Source of the DNA: Candidatus Adlerbacteria bacterium RIFCSPLOWO2_01_FULL_51_16
Lineage (GTDB): Bacteria > Patescibacteriota > Minisyncoccia > Phycocordibacterales > SBAW01
Reading direction: 5' to 3'
NCBI GenBank assembly: GCA_001775485.1
Contig: MEWX01000014.1
Coordinates: 29,479 to 89,974, forward strand
DNA: 60,496 nt
The notes beneath the pieces are model-generated. The model did no database searches, was not told where the DNA came from, and worked only from the letters and a program-made list of their open reading frames with translations. Made by a program: the position numbers and the translations under genes. Shown piece by piece: positions 53,593 to 60,496 of this stretch. The stretch's first letter is position 1; each line of letters starts with the position of its first letter.

Positions 53593-56052
53593 ATGACAGA
53601 CGAACACGAAGATGCAGGGGGCATTGTGCCCCGAAATATTTCAACCGAGATGCGCGAAGCGTATCTCGACTACGCGATGTCGGTTATCACCGCTCGCGCT
53701 TTGCCTGATGTGCGCGACGGGCTGAAGCCCGTGCACCGCCGCATCCTCTACACGATGCACCGCCTGGGGCTCACCCCATCGAGCCGCTTCCGCAAGTCGG
53801 CGCTCGTTGTCGGCGATGTCTTGGGTAAATATCACCCGCACGGCGATGCTAGCGTTTATGACGCAATGGTCAAAATGGCGCAAGAATTTTCCATGCGCTA
53901 CCCGCTGGTGTTGGGGCAGGGGAACTTCGGCTCTATAGACGGCGATTCTGCGGCCGCGATGCGCTACACGGAAGCCAAGATGTCACCGATGGCCTTGGAG
54001 CTTTTGCGCGATCTGGAAAAGGATACGATTGAGTGGCGCCCCAACTACGACGGCTCGCTAAAGGAGCCAAGCGTTTTGCCCGCCACGGTGCCGAACATTC
54101 TCCTCAACGGCACGCTCGGTATTGCGGTCGGCATGGCGACCAATATTCCGCCGCATAACTTGGGCGAGCTCGCCCAGGCGCTTTCTCACTTGATTGAAAA
54201 CCCTTCCGCTACCGTTGAAGAGTTGATGCAGTTTGTGCAGGGCCCCGACTACCCAACGGGCGCTATCGCGTTTAATAAAAAAGATCTGCTCCACGCCTAT
54301 ACAACCGGCAAGGGTGGGGTGGTGACGCGCGGCAACGCCGAAATTGTTGAAGGCAAAAAGGGCGACTTCCAAATTATCGTCGACTCACTCCCGTACCGCG
54401 TCAACAAAGCCGACCTCATCGTCCATATCGCCGACCTCGTGAAAGACAAAAAGATAGAGGGTATCAGGGGCCTGCGCGACGAGTCGACCCGCGACATCCG
54501 CATCGTTGTGGAGCTGAAGCAAGGCGCTCAGCCGCAAAAGGTACTTAACTTTTTGTACAAGCACACGGCGCTTGAAGATACCTTCCATTTCAATATGGTG
54601 ATGTTGGTAAACGGCGTGCCCCAGACACTTTCACTCAAAGGTATTTTGCAGGAGTTTTTGAAGCATCGCCGCGAAGTTGTGCGCCGAAGGAGCGAGTTTG
54701 ATCTGCGTGAAGCACAAGCGCGCGAACATATATTGCTTGGCCTCAACAAAGCACTCGACCACATAGACGAGGTAATCAAAACGATCAAAGCGTCAAAAGA
54801 TGTCGCCGAAGCGCACGCAAACCTCAAAACCAAATTTAAATTCTCCGACCTGCAGGCAAGTGCGATTCTTGAGATGCGGCTCTCGCGGCTTGCAAACCTT
54901 GAGCGCAAAAAGATAGAAGATGAGTTGAAAGCGGTGCAAGCGACTATTGAAGAGCTCCAAACACTCTTGAAGTCCGAGAAAAAGATGCTTGGCGTCATCA
55001 AAGGAGAGATAGAGGAGGCCGCCAAGAAACATAGTGGCGAGCGCCGCACAAAAATAGTGAAGGGAGCCGCGGGAGTAATCTCCGAGGAAGACATGGTTGC
55101 CGACGCTGAGCAAGTGCTCGTTATCACCCAGGGCGGCTACGTAAAGCGCACCGACCCGTCTGAATTCCGCAAACAAAAGCGCGGCGGAGTTGGCGTTATT
55201 GATTTGGATACCAAAGAGGAAGACTTTGTCACGACCTTTCTCACAACCTCTACTCACAGCGACCTCCTCTTCTTTACCGAGCGGGGTCGCGCCTTCCAAA
55301 TTAAGATGTACGACTTGCCCGAGGGCAAACGCTCAACCAAAGGCAAGGCGATAGTGAACTTTTTGCCGCTGACGGATGCAGAAAAGGTCTCATCGGTACT
55401 CCCCATACGCAAAGGGCAAAAGAAAGGGGAGCAGGGTTTGGTAATGGTGACAAAGCAGGGGACTATCAAGAAAACCGACGCAACCGCGTTCCACGATGTG
55501 CGTCGGAGCGGGCTTATCGCAATAAAACTGCAGAAAGGCGACGAGTTGATTGCCGCACTTTTGGTAGACAAAGGCGATGAGCTCTTTTTGGCAACACAAA
55601 AGGGGCAATCAATCAGGTTTAAGGAAAGTGATGTACGCGCGATGGGGCGCACCGCCGGCGGCGTGCGCGGGATGAAATTGTCTGCGGGTGATGTAATTGT
55701 TGGCGCAGATGTAATCCCCAAAGGCCGCGAGGGCAAAGACCTTGAAGTGCTTGTTGTCTCGCGCAATGGCTACGGGAAGACTACTGAAACCGAGGAATAC
55801 AAAACCCAAAAACGCGGGGGAAGCGGCATAAAGACGATGAACGTGACCGCAAAGACGGGGCCGGTCATCGCCGCGCGTGTGATTTCAAAAGACGAAGGGG
55901 TGGGGGAGGACGAGATAGTAGTTATTTCCAAAAAAGGTCAGGTTATCCGCACCGAACTCGTGCAAATCCCCTCACTCTCGCGCTCAACCCAAGGCGTGCG
56001 CATCATGAAACTGCGCGACAAAGACGCTATCGCGTCTTTCGTCTGTCTATAG
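53593..56052 (+). CDS. gyrA: DNA gyrase subunit A
   Basis: [29 protein letters not shown], GyrA-box-like QKRGGVG and C-terminal beta-pinwheel repeats. Confidence 0.98.
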   Translation: MTDEHEDAGGIVPRNISTEMREAYLDYAMSVITARALPDVRDGLKPVHRRILYTMHRLGLTPSSRFRKSALVVGDVLGKYHPHGDASVYDAMVKMAQEFSMRYPLVLGQGNFGSIDGDSAAAMRYTEAKMSPMALELLRDLEKDTIEWRPNYDGSLKEPSVLPATVPNILLNGTLGIAVGMATNIPPHNLGELAQALSHLIENPSATVEELMQFVQGPDYPTGAIAFNKKDLLHAYTTGKGGVVTRGNAEIVEGKKGDFQIIVDSLPYRVNKADLIVHIADLVKDKKIEGIRGLRDESTRDIRIVVELKQGAQPQKVLNFLYKHTALEDTFHFNMVMLVNGVPQTLSLKGILQEFLKHRREVVRRRSEFDLREAQAREHILLGLNKALDHIDEVIKTIKASKDVAEAHANLKTKFKFSDLQASAILEMRLSRLANLERKKIEDELKAVQATIEELQTLLKSEKKMLGVIKGEIEEAAKKHSGERRTKIVKGAAGVISEEDMVADAEQVLVITQGGYVKRTDPSEFRKQKRGGVGVIDLDTKEEDFVTTFLTTSTHSDLLFFTERGRAFQIKMYDLPEGKRSTKGKAIVNFLPLTDAEKVSSVLPIRKGQKKGEQGLVMVTKQGTIKKTDATAFHDVRRSGLIAIKLQKGDELIAALLVDKGDELFLATQKGQSIRFKESDVRAMGRTAGGVRGMKLSAGDVIVGADVIPKGREGKDLEVLVVSRNGYGKTTETEEYKTQKRGGSGIKTMNVTAKTGPVIAARVISKDEGVGEDEIVVISKKGQVIRTELVQIPSLSRSTQGVRIMKLRDKDAIASFVCL

Positions 56053-56097
56053 GCACCCATAGAGAGGAAAAGGGAAAAAGCGTGGTATAATAAAAAA

Positions 56098-56425
56098 GTT
56101 GACCTTCGGGTCAACAGGGCCCCACTCTCCGAGTGGCATTATTCGGTAAGATATTTCTTTATGGAAATTCTTATAGAAAAACTGCCCACTCTCAGTCGAA
56201 CTGTTCGGAACTGAAGTCATTACTCAGGGAAGAACACATCCTCTCATGAGGGTGGGAAAAGAAGCCCTAGAAAGAGGATTTGATTGGATGCCAAGTGATA
56301 AACGTCGAAAACCGACGAGAGAACAGTCAAAGAGGTAATTCCAAATTGATCCAGTATCGTAAGCTTGCTGAGAAGCAGTCCTCAATTTAGGCGCGCAGGA
56401 GGTCGGCAGTTTTAGCCGGCCTTTT
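56098..56425 (+). ncRNA. Putative ~330-nt structured non-coding RNA of unknown family
   Basis: TG-TATAAT promoter (56086-56091), 5' cUUCGg hairpin, several nested helices, a GNRA loop and a terminator at 56400-56425; no long ORF on +. Confidence 0.55.
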
Positions 56426-56465
56426 GTGTTTCTGGCTGTTGTCAATCGCGAGGCATAATCGGGGC

Positions 56466-56669
56466 ATGAATCGAAACATTATGTATGTCATTGGAGGGGT
56501 GGCACTTGCGGCAGTCCTTTTCTTTGGGTATAGCAAGTACGCGCATATTACTTGTACGGAAAGTGCGAGGGACTTCACTAACGAAAATAAATCAGGGAAA
56601 TCTGTTTCTGATGCACAAAAGCTCTATGAGCTTTCCTATACAATCTGCATGGGCAAGAGGGGGCTTTAA
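56466..56669 (+). CDS. Small TM-anchored protein with two Cys
   Basis: TM, TC...Y.ICM...GL; CATAAT -10-like box upstream. Confidence 0.6.
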   Translation: MNRNIMYVIGGVALAAVLFFGYSKYAHITCTESARDFTNENKSGKSVSDAQKLYELSYTICMGKRGL

Positions 56670-56743
56670 GATTTAGGGTAACTTTTTTAGAAAATTCTTG
56701 GATAAGAATCTGCAACGATTGCCTACGAAGATTTTGAGAAGAT

Positions 56744-57130
56744 ATGAAAACAATTACTGAATTGAATAATCACTGGTGGTATCGAACAGTTAAGGTTCTT
56801 TTTATATTTTTTATTGGCTCTGCGTTTCTAGTTTCTTTGTTTGCTGCATGGGGGGAGTCTCAGGTTTCAGATTATAGTCTGTCGAAAGTTACGTGTTTAG
56901 ATGGGAGAATCTCTACTGTCGCAAGTATAGAAAAGGTATATGGGAGTGCTTTTGACGCAAACGAATTTTGCGGTAATTACTTATATTCGACCGATTGGCA
57001 ATACAAACGCGACTGGAGCTCGCTAGCCGATTGGATTTTTTGGATTTTCTTTTGGGCCGCCCTAGCAGTTCTAATTCTAAGAGGTAGTTTTTACTACATT
57101 GCGCTCGGTAAATTCAACCCCCCGGAGTGA
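56744..57130 (+). CDS. Two-TM hypothetical protein
   Basis: LN..WWYR..KV, two TMs and YYIALG; AT-rich. Confidence 0.65.
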   Translation: MKTITELNNHWWYRTVKVLFIFFIGSAFLVSLFAAWGESQVSDYSLSKVTCLDGRISTVASIEKVYGSAFDANEFCGNYLYSTDWQYKRDWSSLADWIFWIFFWAALAVLILRGSFYYIALGKFNPPE

Positions 57131-57148
57131 ATCAATTTTTGAGAAGAT

Positions 57149-57277
57149 ATGAAAAATTTTGAAGATTTAGAAAATCGAGTAGACAAGCTCGAAAAAGTAC
57201 AAAAAGAAGGGATATGGGTTTTGAAGTTTTGGGTTGTAGTACTTCTAGTTCTGATCGCAGTATCCTTTTTCTTCTAG
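57149..57277 (+). CDS. 42-aa single-TM peptide (below cut-off)
   Basis: Read manually as MKNFEDLENRVDKLEKVQKEGIWVLKFWVVVLLVLIAVSFFF*. Confidence 0.55.
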   Translation: MKNFEDLENRVDKLEKVQKEGIWVLKFWVVVLLVLIAVSFFF

Positions 57278-57285
57278 AACATAGC

Positions 57286-57537
57286 ATGGATTTAGAACAG
57301 CGGGTGCGGAAAATTGAAGAGAGGAATGCGGGAGTTGAAGCCGACAAGGCCTGGGAGACGAGTTGGGTGCGGCGCCTACTCATCGCTCTTTTTACCTACA
57401 TTGTCGCAAGTATCTTTCTTTGGTATATCGGCGTGCCAAACCCGCTCTTAAACGCACTGGTGCCTACTGGCGGGTTTGTACTCTCCACTCTCACCATATC
57501 CTTCTTCAAAAACCTCTGGCTCACCCCCCGCAAATAA
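57286..57537 (+). CDS. Conserved small membrane protein
   Basis: LEQRV..IEERN..VEADKAWETSW.RR and NALVP.GGF.LSTLT. Confidence 0.75.
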   Translation: MDLEQRVRKIEERNAGVEADKAWETSWVRRLLIALFTYIVASIFLWYIGVPNPLLNALVPTGGFVLSTLTISFFKNLWLTPRK

Positions 57538-57550
57538 CCCAACCACCAAA

Positions 57551-57584
57551 CTCTTATTCTAGTGTTTTGCAAAAAACTGCGATA
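57551..57584. repeat. Solo copy of the ArsR-associated palindrome
   Basis: CTCTTATTCTAGTGTTTTGCAAAAAACTGCGATA. Confidence 0.85.
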
Positions 57585-57586
57585 AC

Positions 57587-57620
57587 AACATCCCAACATT
57601 CTATAGAATGTTGGGATGTT
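57587..57620. repeat. Perfect 34-bp palindrome
   Basis: AACATCCCAACATTCTA|TAGAATGTTGGGATGTT. Confidence 0.85.
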
Positions 57621-57683
57621 TGTGAGGTGGAAAAGTAATTGGGGGAGTGCTATATTCGCGGGTAGATAGGAGGAGGCAGGGCG

Positions 57684-57965
57684 ATGAGAGTTAGCAAAAG
57701 GCGGAACTACCGGGCGCCATTCTTTCCGTACGGCACCCTCGGTCGCACAATCCGCGTCCCGACCGAAGCGGAGCTTCAAGTAAAGAAAGTAAACCATACT
57801 CTCCGAGTGATCGATGCGGAGGATACAGAGCGGTTGAGCCGCAAGCATGTGCTCGAGGTGCAAAAGCACATGCCTTATATCCGCAAATGCAAGGCAAGGG
57901 GCAAACCACCGCGCCGTGTTTCCAAGAAGATTTTGGACATGGTGGAAAGACTCCACCTAGTTTGA
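57684..57965 (+). CDS. Basic hypothetical protein
   Basis: Strong AGGAGG SD; followed by a terminator hairpin at ~57968-58010. Confidence 0.55.
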   Translation: MRVSKRRNYRAPFFPYGTLGRTIRVPTEAELQVKKVNHTLRVIDAEDTERLSRKHVLEVQKHMPYIRKCKARGKPPRRVSKKILDMVERLHLV

Positions 57966-58042
57966 ATGACCCGCCTGCAGCCCATGCTGCAGGCGGGGTC
58001 TTTGTTTTTGTGATAGGGTAGTCCGCAGTTTAGGAGGCAGCC

Positions 58043-58504
58043 ATGAAGGAACCGAAGCCCGCTGCGTCTGTGGTTCCTGTGGCGTATTTGCTTTTGGAGA
58101 AGCAAGGTGAGATTCTCCTTGTTCGTTCACTGCGTCAGAGTGTTGAAGGTCCGTGGAGCATCCCCTCCTGCGTTATAGGGAAGGGGGAGCTCCCACGAGC
58201 CGCCGCCGCGCGCCTTGGCAAGGATGAGTTCGGGCTCGAGCTTACCGCAATTGAGCTTGAGCGCGTCCACACTTCGTACTGGGTTAGTGGTAGCGATGGT
58301 GGCGTTGATACGGCGGCGTATATGTTTTTTGCACGCCGCCGGGACGGGTACTTTGCTGTTGATCGGCAACAGCGCGGTGAAGTGCGGTGGATGCCGTGGA
58401 GCGAGGTCCCGCTTGAGATCGGTGTCGGACCGCGGGAGATGCTCGAGCGTATCGATTGCGAAGGCATGTCCTACAGCGAGTTGCGTGAAGTAGTGGTTGC
58501 CTAA
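58043..58504 (+). CDS. Divergent NUDIX-fold protein
   Basis: EILLVR, GPWSIP..GE.P.AAAAR...DEFGL (degenerate Nudix box); AGGAGG SD; terminator at ~58510-58542. Confidence 0.6.
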   Translation: MKEPKPAASVVPVAYLLLEKQGEILLVRSLRQSVEGPWSIPSCVIGKGELPRAAAARLGKDEFGLELTAIELERVHTSYWVSGSDGGVDTAAYMFFARRRDGYFAVDRQQRGEVRWMPWSEVPLEIGVGPREMLERIDCEGMSYSELREVVVA

Positions 58505-58561
58505 GCGTCGGCCCGTCCCAAAGAATCTGGGACGGGCCTTTCTTGTTATACAATAAGAGGG

Positions 58562-59104
58562 ATGGCAGAGAGTTCGTTTTTAAATCCGAGTGCGGCGATA
58601 CAGGCGGCAAAGCTTCAAGAAGGTATGCATGTTGCTGACTTCGGCGCGGGTTCCGGCTTTTTTACCCGTGCCTCGGCGCGCGCTGTGGGGGAGGAGGGGC
58701 GCGTTTGGGCGGTTGATGTTCACCGCGATTTGCTTCCTCGCATTAAAGCGCTTGCAACAGCAGAAGGGCTTCACAACGTCGAGGTGATGCAGGGAGATGT
58801 GGAGCGCCCAGATGGGAGCCACCTGCCCTCCGAGGAATTTGACTTTGTCATCATCTCAAATCTTCTCTTTGGGAGCGAACATAAGGGGGCGATTGCGCAG
58901 GAAGCGCGACGCATCTTGCGGCGCACAGGGAAAGTACTTGTTATCGATTGGTCGGGCTCGTACGGCGGGCTTGGGCCCCACCCCGACCATGTCATTTCTG
59001 CCTCCGCGGCACGCAAAATTTTCGAAGAGAGTGGTTTTACACATATCGAAGAGGTCCCGGCGGGCGCATACCACTGGGGATTAACATTTCGCAAAAAAGC
59101 ATAA
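58562..59104 (+). CDS. Class I SAM-dependent methyltransferase
   Basis: VADFGAGSG, VWAVDV, FDFV and VLVIDW. Confidence 0.9.
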   Translation: MAESSFLNPSAAIQAAKLQEGMHVADFGAGSGFFTRASARAVGEEGRVWAVDVHRDLLPRIKALATAEGLHNVEVMQGDVERPDGSHLPSEEFDFVIISNLLFGSEHKGAIAQEARRILRRTGKVLVIDWSGSYGGLGPHPDHVISASAARKIFEESGFTHIEEVPAGAYHWGLTFRKKA

Positions 59105-59129
59105 AAAGGAGCACAATTACATAAAGCCC

Positions 59130-60425
59130 ATGTCCATTTTTCAGACAGTCGTTCTTGGCATATTTGTCGTCTTTATCGTCGCGGGAGTCGCGGTGTTTGC
59201 TATATTCTCTGGTTTTGGTGGCGCAGGCGATGTCGGTGCGGTCGCTATCTGGGGGACACAAGGCCTCGACACTGTGCAGAGAGTTATCGAAGACCTCCGG
59301 CAAGAAGAAGATGCCTTCCAAGAGGTCACGTATGTGCAAAAAAATGCCGCGACCTACCAGGCGGAACTTATCAACGCGATAGCGGCGGGACAGGGGCCGG
59401 ACCTTTTCTTTATTGAGCATAAAGACCTGTACGCCTTTTCCGATAAAATACTTACCATACCCTACAACGCCATTTCGCAGGCGCAGTTTATAAACTCATA
59501 TATTGATGAAGGCGCGCTCTTTTTAACAGGCCAAGGGTCGCTCGGGCTCCCGGTCCTTATTGACCCCCTTGTCATGTATTGGAACCGCGACCTGCTTGCG
59601 GGTGCTAATGTCGGCTCCGCACCACAATTTTGGAACGACTTTTTGGATCTGGCGCCGAAGATTACTTCGATAGATACCTCCTCCGGCGTGCGCAAAAGTG
59701 CGGTGGCGCTCGGCGAGTGGAGGAACATTCGGAATGCTAAAGCCATACTCTCAACGCTCATGATGCAGGCGGGCGACCCGATAGTAGCGCGCGCTGAAGG
59801 TGGGCGGCTCCAGAGTGTTTTGGCCGCTACTCCGGAAAATGCGGCGGAGAGTCCCGGACAGTCGGCACTGCGCTTCTACACCGAGTTTGCAAATCCGTCT
59901 AAGAAAAACTACTCATGGAACCGCTCTCTGCGCGAAGCGCAGGACATGTTCGTAGCGGGAGATTTGGCGGTTTACTTCGGTTTTGCAAGCGAGTACGCAA
60001 CACTCGCCGCGCGCAATCCGAATCTCCGCTTTGGGGTCTCGGTAATGCCGCAAATCGAGGGTAACTCCACCCGGCTTACATACGGCACGCTTACAGGACT
60101 CTCGATAGCGCGTGGCGCTAAAAATCCACAAGGAGCTCTCGCTATTGCGCAGCGGCTCACCGGAGCCCGCGGAGCGGGCCTTTTGGCGGCCAGTATGAGT
60201 TTGCCCTCTGTGCGGCGTGATGCACAGGTGGACACTTCGGGGAGCGCGGTCGGAGCTGTCTTTGTTGAGTCGGTCCTCATCGCACGCGGCTGGATTGACC
60301 CAAACCCCGCGACCACCAATACTATCTTCCAGACCATGATAGAATCGGTCTCAAGCGGGCGCTCTAGCCCCGCCGAAGCTGTTTCGGATGCCGACCAAGA
60401 GCTCCAGCAACTGTTACCGTTTTAA
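59130..60425 (+). CDS. Extracellular solute-binding protein (family 1, sugar-type), membrane-anchored
   Basis: TM, IAAGQGPDLF, LVMYWNRDLL, AL.FYT.FA and F..G.LA.YFG. Confidence 0.85.
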   Translation: MSIFQTVVLGIFVVFIVAGVAVFAIFSGFGGAGDVGAVAIWGTQGLDTVQRVIEDLRQEEDAFQEVTYVQKNAATYQAELINAIAAGQGPDLFFIEHKDLYAFSDKILTIPYNAISQAQFINSYIDEGALFLTGQGSLGLPVLIDPLVMYWNRDLLAGANVGSAPQFWNDFLDLAPKITSIDTSSGVRKSAVALGEWRNIRNAKAILSTLMMQAGDPIVARAEGGRLQSVLAATPENAAESPGQSALRFYTEFANPSKKNYSWNRSLREAQDMFVAGDLAVYFGFASEYATLAARNPNLRFGVSVMPQIEGNSTRLTYGTLTGLSIARGAKNPQGALAIAQRLTGARGAGLLAASMSLPSVRRDAQVDTSGSAVGAVFVESVLIARGWIDPNPATTNTIFQTMIESVSSGRSSPAEAVSDADQELQQLLPF

Positions 60426-60426
60426 T

Positions 60427-60496
60427 ATGACCAATTTGAAACGAGATATTGCAAGTATTTTTATAGTGTTTTCTTTGGTCTTCCTCCCATTAGTGG
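60427..60496 (+). CDS. 5' end of an exported/membrane protein, truncated by the window edge
   Basis: MTNLKRDIASIFIVFSLVFLPLV, signal-peptide-like; 1 nt after the previous stop. Confidence 0.5.
   Translation, partial: MTNLKRDIASIFIVFSLVFLPLV

Noticed and set aside
56098..56425. tmRNA, group I/II intron or retron ncRNA
   Set aside because: There are no tRNA-Ala-like ends or recognisable tag ORF, no ordered P7 or domain V motifs that I could identify, and no reverse transcriptase nearby. It is kept as an unknown ncRNA.

Overview
This 60.5 kb window looks like the chromosome of a small-genome bacterium, most likely Patescibacteria/CPR (Parcubacteria-like). That placement is an inference from gene content, compact enzymes, tRNAs without encoded CCA and many apparently leaderless genes. 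The first ~17 kb is accessory. It holds a lexA-like gene tightly coupled to a two-subunit (RM-fusion + S) restriction-modification system with a trypsin-like protease gene inserted between the subunits. It also holds two ArsR/HTH genes, each bracketed by a ~30-38 bp palindrome that also encodes the protein's own C-terminus, plus tandem M14 peptidases, a secreted lipase-like locus and a class F sortase with an FPNTG substrate. The rest is mostly housekeeping: rnj, secG, groES/EL, lemA, htpX, rnpB, murJ, lepA, valS, tsaD, trxB, ftsZ/A, ybeY, rpsU, lepB, pth, rpsA, gyrA and 7 intact tRNAs. At least three families of small palindromic elements are scattered through it. The most striking observations are: (1) the self-bracketing ArsR-palindrome module, with identical 294-bp repeat spacing at both loci, a 123-bp tandem array and a solo hybrid copy at 57.55 kb; (2) an intact tRNA-Gly(CCC) nested inside a second, fragmented tRNA-Gly(TCC)-like gene that also carries two hairpin insertions; (3) a ~330-nt highly structured, promoter- and terminator-bounded non-coding region after gyrA; (4) the protease-in-RM defence operon; and (5) a 99-bp palindromic element read in frame within tsaD. 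All calls were made by eye, with no database searches.
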